DNA of 48,941 nucleotides, taken from Cyanophora paradoxa CCMP329. Taxonomy: Eukaryota > Plantae > Glaucophyta. The notes below the pieces were generated by a model. That model ran no database searches. It saw nothing but the letters and a program-made list of their open reading frames with translations, and had not been told where the DNA came from. Below are positions 1 through 11,081 of the stretch, piece by piece; within the stretch, counting starts at the first letter, position 1; each line of letters starts with the position of its first letter. Made by a program: the position numbers and the translations under genes. The stretch covers positions 1 to 48,941 of the forward strand of contig QPMI01000349.1 in NCBI GenBank assembly GCA_004431415.1, in the 5' to 3' direction.

Positions 1-175
1 ACATCGCGCTTTTCCGCCGCGAGTTTGTCGAAGGGCCGCGGCACCTCGTACGAGCCGGGACCTGCGTCGGCATCAGCCGGCCCCGCGGAATACGCAAGTT
101 CGCAGCGGGGGCCTGACCAGGATGTCCAGATCCTTTGCTTGTAAACCTCTCACTCTTGTCCTTCGACCAGTCCAT
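1..175 (-). CDS. 5' part of a gene divergent from glyQS, with a PGPGSY motif (STPG/SHIPPO-repeat-like, possibly flagellar); runs off the window
   Basis: ATG at 175 and GT-AG intron 62-117 give MDWSKDKSERFTSKGSGHPGPGSYEVPRPFDKLAAEKRD. Only one motif is visible. Confidence 0.35.
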   Translation of the reverse strand, partial: MDWSKDKSERFTSKGSGHPGQAPAANLRIPRGRLMPTQVPARTRCRGPSTNSRRKSAM

Positions 176-560
176 GGCTGCAGGGCAGGCTGCGTTCAAG
201 GTCAGTGTCGCGGCAATCACTGCAGCGCTGCCCGGTCAGCGGACATCATGCTTGTTCACAAAAGACTATGCATCTTCCATAATCACTGGCGGTAGCCGCC
301 TGAGCCGTGCGCACCTGCTGACAGCTTCCGCGTCTCCGCCCGCGCCGACCGGCTTCCTCGCCTAGCGAATCTGGCCTACAGCACGCTTCCGAGCTCCCGC
401 GCGCTGCCCCACGGTCCCGAGCTCCCCCGCGCCCGACTCCTGATTCAAACTGCAAACGACAAGGGCCAGTTCGCAACAAAACGAGCCGCGAACGAAGCGA
501 GGGTGGTACTCCCCCGTCAAGATTCTCGCCAGTCAATTTCCGGCGGCGAGCGCGCCGGCG

Positions 561-3500
561 ATGGATCCCAGTTCGGCCGCGTTCGTGTCGGGAGCCGCCA
601 TGTTCTCGCGCACCGCAGCACTCGCCCTGGGCGCCCAGTCGCTCCGGTCGGCGCTCGGCTCCGGCCGCCCGAGCGCCGATGGCGCGCGCCGGCTGGCAGC
701 ACGCTCGTTCAACGTGAAGTCGTCTTCTTTCTTCGAGGGCAGCGTACGCGTGCCGGGACTTGTTCGCCGGCCCACTGGCCGGATCGTGCCGGCCCACACC
801 GTCCGCACCTCCAGCATCTCTGCTGAGGCCGCGCCCGCCCCGGTAAGCGCAAACGCTGCCTCGCGAGCGACCGGCGCGTTGGCGCAGCGCGCCGCTGACG
901 CGAGCGCGGCGCAGGCGGCGAAGGCGAAGGTGAGCGCGGCGAAGGCGGGCGGCTCGAAGGTGGTGACCTTCCAGGAGGCGATCCTGCGCCTGCAAGAGTA
1001 CTGGGCGAGCGTCGGCTGCATCGTCTTCCAGCCGCACAACACCGAGGTGCGCGTGACTCCTCCCCGCGGGGGCGCGGGTGCCGCGCGCCGGGCCTCCCGG
1101 GGCCTGAAGGCGCGGGACAGGTCGGTGCCGGCACGATGAACCCGGCGACGTACCTGCGCGTGCTCGGCCCGGAGCCCTGGAACGTCGCCTACCCCGAGCC
1201 CAGGCCCGTGCCGCGCGCCGCCCGGCTCCGCGGCGGCTGACGCGGGGCGCGCAGCATCCGGCCCGACGACAGCCGCTACGGGGAGAACCCCAACCGCATC
1301 CAACGTCACACGCAGTTCCAGGCGCGCGGGGCGGGGCGGGGCGGGGCGGGGCGGGGCTGACGGGGCGGGCAGGTGATCCTGAAGCCGGACCCGGGGAACC
1401 CGCAGGAGCTGTACCTGCGCTCGCTTGAGGTGCTCGGGATCGACGTGGAGGCCCACGACGTCCGGTCCGCCCCGCGACCCCCGCGCGGGCGGGGCGGGGC
1501 GGCGGGGCGCGGGGCGAGGCGGGGCGGGCAGGTTCGTGGAGGACAACTGGGAGAGCCCCGCGCTGGGCGCCTGGGGCCTCGGCTGGGAGGTCTGGATGGA
1601 CGGCATGGAGGTCTCCCAGTTTACCTACTTCCAGCAGGCCCCCCCGCCCCCGGCCCCCTCCCCGCCCCGCCCCCCGCGCCGGGGCGAGGGGGCGGGGCGG
1701 GGCGCAGGCGGGGGGCTACCCGCTGGAGGTGGTGTCGGTGGAGATCACGTACGGGCTGGAGCGGATCGTGATGGCGCTGCAGGGGGTGCAGCACTTCCGC
1801 GACATCGAGTACGGCAACGGGGTCAAGTACGGCGAGATCTTCGGCCAGAACGAGTACGAGATGTCCGTCTACAACCTCGACGCCGCCGACATCCCCACCA
1901 ACCTCCAGGCCCGCCCCCGCCCCCGCCCCCGCCCCCGCCCCCGCCCCCGCCCCCGCCCGGTGCGACGCCGCGCCTGGGCAGATGTTCGAGCTGCACGAGA
2001 AGGAGGCGCGGATGCTGCTGGACAAGAACCTGCCGGTGCCGGCGCACCAGGCCGTGCTGAAGACCTCCCACGCCTTTAACGTGCTGGACGCGCGGGGCGC
2101 CATCGGCGTCACGGAGCGGGCGCGCTACTTCGGGCGGATGCGGAACCTCTCCCGCGACGTCGCCGGCGCCTGGATCGCCCGCCGCGCCGAGCTCGAGCAC
2201 CCCCTCGGGTCCCCCCCGCCCCGCCCCGCCCCGCCCGCCCCGCCCCGGCGCGGTGGCGACGCTGCGGCAGGGTGACGGCGGCGCTGCCGGAGGCGAAGGC
2301 GGCGGGGGCGCCCACGTGGGACGAGGGGAAGCAGGGGCAGACGCTGCTCGTCGAGCTCGGCTCGGAGGAGCTGCCGCCCGACGACGTGCAGGGGGCGGCG
2401 GCCAAGGTCCGCGACGGCCTCGCCCGCCTGCTCGAGCGGGAGCGCCTCGCCTACTCCTCCCTCGTCGTCCACGCCACCCGCGCCGCGTCGCTGCCTCGTC
2501 TCCGTCCGCCCCCCCCCCCCCCCCCCCCCCTCCCCGCCGCCCCGAGCCGCCGCAGGGGCTGGCGGGGCGGCAGCCGGACGCGGAGCGGGAGGCCAAGGGC
2601 CCGCCGGTGAAGGCGGCGTTCCCCCAGGGGCGCGACGGCCCGGCGAGCAAGGCGGCCGAGGGCTTCGCGAAGAAGCAGGGCGTCGACGTGGCGGCCCTCG
2701 AGGTCAAGACCATCGACGGCGCCGAGTACGTCGTCGCCCGCGTCACCGAGACCGGCCGCCCCACCGGTGCCCCCCGCCCCCGCCCCCCGCCCCGCGCCCC
2801 GCCGGGGGCCGAGCGGGGCGGGGCGGGGGCAGGGGAGGTGCTGGGGCGGGTGCTGCCGGAGCTGGTGGCGGGGGTGACGTTCGGGAAGAGCATGCGGTGG
2901 AACAGCGCGGGGGCCCTCTACTCCCGGCCCCTCCGCTGGATCACCGCCCTCCTCGACGACCAGGCCCGCCCCCCGCCCCCGCCGCGCCCCCTCCCCCCCC
3001 GCCCTCAACCCGCCCCTGACGCCGCCCGCAGGTAGTCCCTTCGTCGCCGCCGGCCTCGCCAGCGGCCGAACCACCCGCGCCTTCCGCCACGGCCCCGTGC
3101 GCCGCCGCGGCCCCGCCCCGCCCCCGTCCCCGGCGCGAGCGGGCGGCAGGGGGCCGGGGAGGTGGAGCTGGGGAGCGCGTCGGAGTACGAGGGGGCGCTC
3201 GGGGAGCGGGGCCTCGTGCTCTCCTTCGAGGAGCGCCGGGCGCGCATCCTCGCCGCCGCCGAGGAGCTCGCGGCGGCCGCCGGGGGCCGCCTGGCGGGCG
3301 CCGACGGCGGCCTCCCCGACGAGGTGGCGAACCTCGTGGAGGGCCCGACGCCGCTGCTCGGCTCCTTCGACGCCGCCTTCCTGGAGCTCCCCCGCGAGGT
3401 CCTCGTGACGGTGATGCGCAAGCACCAGCGCTACTTCCCCGTCGAGGACGCCGCCGACCCCGACCGCCTCCTCCCCCACTTCGTCACCGTCGCCAACGGC

Positions 3501-5005
3501 GCCTGCGACGCGGGGGTCGTCCGCGCGGGCAACGAGGCGGTGATTCGGGCGCGGTACGCGGACGCGCAGTTCTTCTGGCAGCACGACGTCTCCCGGCCCC
3601 TCGAGGACTTCGTCCCCGCACTCGCATCCCTCACCTTCCAGGAGAAGCTCGGCCCGCCCTGCCCCGCCCCGCCCCCGCCCCGCGCCCCCGCCCCCGCGCT
3701 CACCCCGCGCAGGCTCCATGCTCGACAAGAGCCGCCGCGTCGAGAAGCTCGCCCCCGCGCTGGCGGAGATGGCGGGGCTCTCGGGGGAGGAGCTCGCCAC
3801 GGTGGCTCGCGCGGCGGCGCTCGCCAAGGCGGACCTCGCGACGCAGATGGTGGTGGAGATGACGGAGCTGGCGGGGACGATGGGCCGCTACTACGCCCTC
3901 CGCTCCGGCGAGTCCGCCGCCGTCGCCCAGGCCGTCTTCGAGCACGCCCTCCCCCGCTTCGCCGGCGACGCCACCCCGGCCTCGCGCCCCGTCCGCCCCG
4001 CCCCGCCCCGCCCCGCCCTGCCGCGGGCCCCAGCGACGGGGCGGGGGACCAGGGGGCGGTGCTCTCGGTGGCGGACCGGGTGGACTCGCTGGTGGGGCTC
4101 TTCGCGGCCGGCTGCCAGCCCAAGGCGACGGCGGACCCCTTCGCCCTCCGCCGCGCCGCCCTCGGCCTCATCGCCACCCTCCTCAGCACCGGCGTCCGCC
4201 CCCCGCCCCTCCCCTCGCCCCGCCCGCCCCGCGTCGCGCGTGGCGAGGGGGCGGCGGGCGGGGCGCAGGTGCGGCTGGACGTGCGGGCGGCGGTGGCGGC
4301 GTCGGCGGCGACGCAGCCGATCGCCGTCGCGCCGGAGACGCAGGCCGAGGTCCTCGACTTCGTCGCCCGCCGCTTCGAGGCCTACATCGCCGAGCTCGTC
4401 CGCCCCGCCCCCCGCCCCGCCGGCCCGCCCGACGCCGGCGCAGGAGGGCGCCTCGGAGGCGGAGCGGCGGCCGGACCTGATCCGGGCGGTCCTGGGGGCG
4501 CGTGGGGCGGACCCGGCGCTGGCGGTGGCGACCCTGCGGGAGCTGGCGGCGGAGGCGGAGAGCGAGCGCTTCGGGCGCGTCATGACCGCCTACGCCCGCC
4601 CCGCCCGCCTCGTCCGCTCCAAGGCCGTCGCCGACGTCCCCGAGGCCCGCCCCGCCCCCGCCCCGCCCGCACCCGCGCCAGCGCCAGCGGCGGGCGGCGG
4701 GGCGGCTGACGGGGGGGCAGGATGCGGCGGTGGAGTCGGCGCTCTTCGAGGGGGAGGAGGAGCGGGCGCTGCACGCGGCTCTGGCGGCCTTCGAGGCGGC
4801 GGTGCCCGACCCCGCGGCGGCCTCGCTGGGGGCCTGGCTCGAGGCCTTCGACGCCGTCCTCGCCGGCCCGATCGACGCCTTCTTCGAGAAGGTCTTCGTG
4901 ATGGCGGAGGAGGCCGCCGTGAAGCGCAACCGCATCGCCCTCCTGCGCCGCGTCGCCGCCACCGCCACCGGCCTCCTCGACTTCCCCGAGATCCAGGGCT
5001 TCTAG
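561..5005 (+). CDS. glyQS: Fused alpha/beta glycyl-tRNA synthetase (GlyQS, plant GlyRS-2/EDD1 type) with N-terminal organellar transit peptide; 16 introns
   Basis: Spliced alpha motifs: [70 protein letters not shown]. Beta motifs: [62 protein letters not shown]. Ala/Ser/Arg-rich leader with AAFVSG. Apparent 1-nt deletions near 2477-2497. Confidence 0.95.
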
Positions 5006-5417
5006 GCCCCCGCCCCGCCCCCCCCCCCCGCCCCCGCGAGACCCCCGCCACGAGATCCCCGCTTGAATTCAACTTCGATCGTCTTCCCTCCGTGCACTGC
5101 GCGGCACATGCATATGATCGCCCAAGGATCCGAAGGCGATCACTGACTCCGTGAGTTATAATTACCGGCCATGGCCATCACTGGCATGCGGAACGCGCCT
5201 TGGCGACCGTAGGAGCAGCCTCAAGCACTGTGCAAAAACTCCAAAACTCTCCAAACTCAGGGCCCGCGCGCGGGCGGAGTCGCTGATTAGATTTCTGGTT
5301 CCAAGTTCGGCCAGCCGCTAGCGCGCGCTGAGCCTAGGCCTGGCAGCGACTTCCGAACTTCAACCTGGCAAGGCTTATCATAGTATATTACTTAAGTTAG
5401 TCATGATCACGCGTACG

Positions 5418-6699
5418 TATATAAACGGCCACTGACTTGCCGCGCGCGTCAGTTGGGTCCGGGGAAGGGCATTTAACCTCGGCGAATCCAAGATCTAGAT
5501 GCAGAGGGCAGCTGCAGGGACCTAAACTAGCGCTTAAGCTTAAGAAGGCGCGCGCGCGGTGGCCGGGCGAACCGCTGGGCCGGCTCCGGCCGAGGCTGGC
5601 CATGCCAGGCGAGCTCAGCGGCTGCAGCTGTCTTCGCGATCGAGGCGAGCTGTCCTCTCAGAGGTAGGCCTCATGATCAGGGCCTAGCGAGCTAGCTATA
5701 GCTATGTAAGGCGCGGGCCGGGCCTTGGGAAGGGGGAGGGAACCTTGTCTGGCCATGGACGTGCTCGAGCTCCTGCAGCTGCCAGGCTGCGCATGCCCCG
5801 CGGCCGTCGCGCGCGGAGGCGTGGCGGGTGCACGAGTGCGCATGTGCTGCGGGTGCACGTGCGTCACGGCGCGCGTGGCTACATAGCTAGCTATAGGGGC
5901 TGGCCGGCGCCTCGGCCTCCGCGCGATCTGGGCGCGGGCGCGGGGACGCTGCTCAAGCTCACGTTCCGCTCAAAAAGCGGCGCAGCGGGCCAGCTCATGA
6001 TCAGCGGCGCCGGCTGCAGCAGCTGCAGGCATGCGCATCGCGCGCGCGGGGGGGGGCTCTGCGTCGCGCGGCGCGCGCGCCGCGCTGGCATCGGCTTGTT
6101 GCAAGTGGCATAGCCGGCCAAGTGCGGCCGGCTTGCGGCCGGCTTGTGCAATTGCGTCGGGGCGCGGTTGGCGCGGGTGAAGCGTGCGCGGCTGGCGCGG
6201 CTAGCCGCTGAGCCACAGCAAGCTGCCGCGCGCGCGAGAGGCGTAACCATTGTTGAGCCGAGCCGAGCTGCGGCGCCCGGGGGAGAAAGCGGCCGGGGGG
6301 TACTTTAAGAGGTTTCCCAGGGTAAGTTAACTGACTCTCCAATGTGATTGGCTAGCGCGCGCGGCGTCCTCCCACGCGACCGCGCTCGCGCCCGGCCTTG
6401 CGCTTGGAGTACGGAATGTCGAACATGATGCGCGCATCGACCTCGAACTGGTCTGGCCCGTATATCTGCTCCCTGTGCGTCGCTGGACCCATTTTTGTCC
6501 CGGGTGTTGGTGCCTGTTCCTGGATCACCCTTTCGTCGCCGGTCGGACGGGACCGGGAGACATGGTTTCGAGGTCCCCTTGGGATGCGCTTTCAGGACGT
6601 ACCGCGCGGCCCGGGTTTTGCGGAGGTCGGGGAAATGAGATTTGGGGTAGGGTTGGGCCCAAAGGAGAGGGACAGGGGAAGTGTTTTACCCTTCCCCAA
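5418..6699 (-). mobile_element. Non-autonomous Helentron/Helitron2-like element H1 (interior largely palindromic DNA)
   Basis: On the minus strand the 5' end is TT-GGGGAAGGG (6689-6699). The 3' subterminal IR is CCCTTCCCC (5461-5469), followed by hairpin CCAACTGAC...GTCAGTGG (5429-5456) and TTT/ATA. Its ~400 bp 5' region (6295-6699) is homologous to 7881-8275. Confidence 0.6.
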
Positions 6700-7306
6700 C
6701 AATCAACCGCCCCATACAAGCCTGATGAAAATTTCACGGCCGCACAGATGCTTGGATTCCTGGCGAGGCGACGTGCTTCTGAGCACTCGGGCGGCCCGGG
6801 GCCTCCCAACCCCCGCCGCAGCGGACTCCGCGCGCGCGCGCGCCAGCTGGAGGAGGTATCTCTCGGCCGAGGAGCACAGGTCGCCGGCTGCGGCCGGCGA
6901 TGCTGTGCGCCCGCCGGTTTTCACCCGGGCTCTCACGGGCTCCGGTTTCCGGCCCTCCCTGGGGTTAGTCGGCCTTGCTCTCTTAGTGCGCTTCTTCCCT
7001 GCCAAATTGAGGGCTATAGTTCAGGCTCAGCCGCTTCGACCTCATCCTCGCTTATACATCGGTCCTCTCTGTAGGCGCCCTTGTCCTGAGGGGGGTTATA
7101 GTAGCTCTGCTCTGCTTCGGCTCTCTAGGCAGGTGTGGGCAGTGTTTCTAGGAAGGTATAGGCCCCTTTCTCCAGTACAATAGCTCCACCCGGTCCGATG
7201 TCCGAAAGGCTTGCTCCCGTAGGCTCATCTCTCGACTTGACACAGATGGACACTGCAGTCATATCCCTAGCCATTTGTCTCGGTGTGTGCGAATTCATTT
7301 GTTATA

Positions 7307-7463
7307 TTGGACGGGACCGGGAGACATGGTTTCGGGGTCCCCTGGGGATGCGCTTTCAGGGTGTACCGCGCGGCCCCGGTTTTGCGGAGGTCGGGGAAAT
7401 GGGATTTGGGGTAGGGTTGGGCCCAAGGGACAGGGACAGGGGAAGTGTTTTACCCTTCCCCAA
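7307..7463 (-). mobile_element. Isolated 5'-terminal fragment of the same Helentron-like family
   Basis: Near-identical direct copy of ~6544-6699, ending at the same CCCTTCCCCAA terminus. Confidence 0.7.
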
Positions 7464-7880
7464 TATACGCGTACTACCGTAGTATACGTACGGTGCGATC
7501 GATCATGATCCGATGATCATCGGCCGCGGATCATCGGATCCATATATATGCCATGATGCATGATGCCATGATGATCATGCATCCATCGATCATTATCCGA
7601 TCATCGGATGATACGTGACTCAGTGACTCAATACTACTAGGCTAGTGAGGCCCCGACCGTGGACAAGCCTCAGGTATCAGGGCCTGACTCAGTGCATGAA
7701 GCTGAGCACTCAGAAACTTGAAAGAAAGAAAGAAAGAAAGAAAAGACCGTCGTCGGACGTCGACGTCTCATGATTGACCAGTGACTGGCAACTTGGCAAC
7801 CTACTAGGCTACTTTGATTCGAGCACAACTTGCAACGCGTTCACGTTTAGCTGCGCTACTACTGCGGCTAGCGCTAGCTA

Positions 7881-10335
7881 TTGGGGAAGGGAAAATCACT
7901 TCCCCTGTCCCTGTCCCTCGGGCCCAACCCTACCCCAAATCCCATTTCCCCGACCTCCTCAAAACCCGGGCCGCGCGGTACACCCTGAAAGCCCATCCCC
8001 AGGGGACCCCGAAACCGTGTCTCCCGGTCCCGTCCGACCAAAGGGTGATCCAGGAACAGGCACCAACACCCGGGACAAAAAGGGGTCCAGCGAGGCACAT
8101 GGAGCAGATATACGGGCCGGACCAGTTCGAGGTCAATGCTTGCATTATGCCCGACATTCCTTACTGCAAGAGCGAGGCCGGGCGCGAGCGCGGTCGCGTA
8201 GGAGGACGCCGCGCGTGCTAGCCAATCGCATTGGAGAGTGCGAACTTACCCTGCGAAACCTCTTAAGGTACCCCAGAAGCTGCGCGGGAAATGCTGTCGA
8301 GCAGCGCTCTGGGCGGGCGCCCGCGTGGCTCGGCTCCACCCGCAGGCATCGCTATCGGAGTCGATATCGAGCCGGCCAGCAAGCCCTGCAGTCAGCCAGG
8401 CTGCGGCGGATCTAGGCAGAAGTACGGCGGCAAGTGCCTGCACTGCGGCCAGCACTTCTGCACGAGGGACGCGCTTTACAGTCATGTGCTGCGATGTAGA
8501 CATCCGGCGGCAAGCAGCGCAGCCGTGAAAACCCGGGCAGCTGGCGCCCACGCGTTCAGCGAGCGGCCTGAGTGCGGGGACTGTCAGCAGAAGAGCAAAG
8601 CCACCGGCAGCAAAGACGTGTGGGGCTGTGACCTCTGCGCTGCCCACTTCGTGCGCTTCGGCCCGGCGAAGGTGGTGGCACACCACGCAACTGCATCCTG
8701 TGAAAAGAACCGCTCACGTGGTACGCGGTCATTATGCTTTCGAAGCGTTCGAAACTTACCTTTTCGCTACGTGTATACGCTGTCGCAGATGAGCCGGAGC
8801 TGCAGAGCATCGCTGCGCGCGCGGAAGCCGCGACCGCCGCCTCGGCGCCTGTACACGTCGGTCCGCGAGGCGCACCAAGTGCTCGACTTGCGATGCGAGC
8901 TCACAGCGCTCAATCGCAGAGCACGGGAAGCCGGCTGCTGCGGGATCGATTCCGCCTGCTGGCAGTCACAACCTCGCCTCGCGGCGCGGCTGCAATCGCT
9001 GCACGGACAAGCAGCTGCAAGCGGCGGCCGGTGCGAACGTCTGGGGCTGCGACTACTGCGGCGAGCACTACGTCGGCCGAGGTCGTCGTCCTCGAGTGCC
9101 TGCCGGGCCAGTACGTCCACTCGAACCAATACACGTTCCACAACGTCCTGGTTGCTTCCGCCGATGGGCGCGTCCCTCTGCTGGTCCCTCCGCCTCTCCG
9201 ATGCTGTTTTGACCCCTCCTGCTCAGGTGCACTGCAACCTTCCATCCCTACAAGAAGTCCCCTGGCCGCAGCCAAGTTTACCAGCTCGACTACCAGGCCG
9301 GCGACAAGCTTCAGCTCGTCTACACTACCTTTGAGTCGGACCTTGCGGGTTCGTGGGTCTCTCCGTGCTCTGCCTCAGTCTGCCCTTGCTGAGCTCTCCC
9401 CCAGATGGCCACGTCCACTTCATCCCCCAGCAGTACACTCGGGAGTACGTGATCACGGCCAAGGACGAGAAGACCCAGGCGCTTGACGCCCTCTACGACG
9501 CATTCCGGTGGGCACTTTCCACGCCTCTCCCGCTTCTGTTTGCTTTCGTGTGCCCACCGCCGTCCCTGCAGGAACGGCACGGCCACTCTGCAGTCCGGCC
9601 CCAAGTCCTGCCTGGTGATGCCGGCCCCGCCTGCCCCGATTGCGGCCCCGCCTGCGCCACAGCTGCCCGAGGACGACGACGAGTGCGTCCCTCTTTCTTG
9701 CTCCCGGATGCTCCAACGATCCTCAATCCCAGCCCGCAGGGATACGCCAAAGCGCCGCTCGGGTGGCCGCAAGGCCACCGTGATCTCCTCGGACGAGTCC
9801 GACAACGCCTCCGCCACCGGGTCTGCCGCCCCTCCGTCTCCTTCCCCCACCCCTCCTCCCTCTCCTTACCCGCTCTGCCCTCAGGGACGACCCCATCGAG
9901 GTCTCCTCGGACGAGGAGGGGGCAGCGCCCGAGCTCGACGCCGCCGAGGCGCCGGTCGTGAAGTCGGCCTCCGCCCCAAAGAAGGCCACCGGCATGAAGG
10001 GCCTCATGGCTCTCGCTGCGCCCCGCCTCCTCGGCACCAAGGCCGCGCGCCTCCTGGGCGCCGGCGTCTCCAAGGGCAAGAAGACCAAGAAGACGGCGGC
10101 CCCCAAGGCCGCCAAGTCCAAGGACACCAAGGGCGGAAAGAAGACCAAGGCCGTGCAGTGACAGTGCAGTCCCGCACGGGGCTGCCAAACTGCAGCCCCC
10201 CCGCCCATTTTGTGCGAGTCTTGTGCGCGCTGTGAATGCCAAGCCACTGCAGTGCAACAGTCCCGTTCACATGATTAAATTCCCTTCCCCGGACCCAACT
10301 GACGCGCGCGGCAAGTCAGTGGCTCTTTATATATA
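7881..10335 (+). mobile_element. Helentron/Helitron2-like element H2 carrying one spliced gene, no Rep/helicase
   Basis: Starts TT-GGGGAAGGGAA (7881-7893). Subterminal IR TTCCCTTCCCC (10280-10290), hairpin 10295-10322, then CTCTTT-ATATATA. Both ends are shared with H1. Confidence 0.65.
8291..10161 (+). CDS. Element-borne protein: Cys/His zinc fingers, putative OB-fold-like beta domain, acidic SIM-like motifs, Lys/Ala-rich C-terminal tail
   Basis: CLHCGQHFCTRDALYSHVLRC and CGDC..CDLC..HH motifs. At least six short introns (first at 8721-8788) join an open frame through VLVASADGCTATFHP..DYQAGDKLQLV, TVISSDESD and PIEVSSDEE to KKTKAVQ-stop. Confidence 0.6.
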
Positions 10336-10808
10336 GGCTGCGCATGCGGCAGCTAATCGGAGTTCACTGCACAAAGGCTCCCGGAGTCCGCTCCGCGCGC
10401 AAGCCGCTGATCATGAGCGGCATGGCCCATGGCCAGTGCCACGGTGGCAGGCCCCTAGGGGCCCCGGCCGCGGGGCCTAGGGGCGTTCGAATTCGCGATC
10501 CCGAAGTTCGTGATCATGAGTTTCGTCTTGAAGGGCTTCGAATTCATATCCCCGGCCCGGGCTGCATCCACGGCTTAACTTGTTGGTCGGCCGGCGCCGC
10601 GCTTCGAATTTGGCACTCCCACAGTCAGAAGCAATGGCGGGCATTTAATTTAGATCTGGGCAAAGCACATGAACATATGCATGCTGGAGACGAAGCCGCT
10701 CGCGATCGTGACAAAGACCCTCACCGTGGCACGTCGAACGCAGTATCGATAAAGTCAAACGGCGTGCCCGCGGCCCGGCGGCCGCGGCCGGTCCGATCAT
10801 CTGCTCCT

Positions 10809-11049
10809 TCACTTCTTGCGCCCGCCCTTTGCCGCCGGCTTGGCCTTCGCCGCCGCCTGCTTCTTGGGTGCACGTGCCGCCTTCTTCTTGCCTCCGCCGG
10901 ACTTGCGGCCGCCTGCGCCCCGGCGCCGGCGAGGCGCGGTGGGGAAGGGAAACGAGGATCGGGTGGAGAAGGCTGCGCACCAGACGCGGAGGACGCAGAG
11001 GAGGCGCGCTTCGCCGCCTCCGCCGCCTTCGCCGCCGCCGCCGCAGCCT

Positions 11050-11081
<32 letters not shown>

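Noticed and set aside
2470-2503. Programmed frameshift or pseudogenisation of glyQS
   Set aside because: Adding one C to each of two C-runs restores ATPRRVAALVS. It lies next to a long homopolymer, so sequencing error is more likely.
5418-10335. A single 4.9 kb cut-and-paste transposon with ~55 bp TIRs
   Set aside because: The inner ~400 bp inverted repeat and the paired GGGGAAGGG/CCCTTCCCC ends are better explained by two oppositely oriented elements. No transposase is present.
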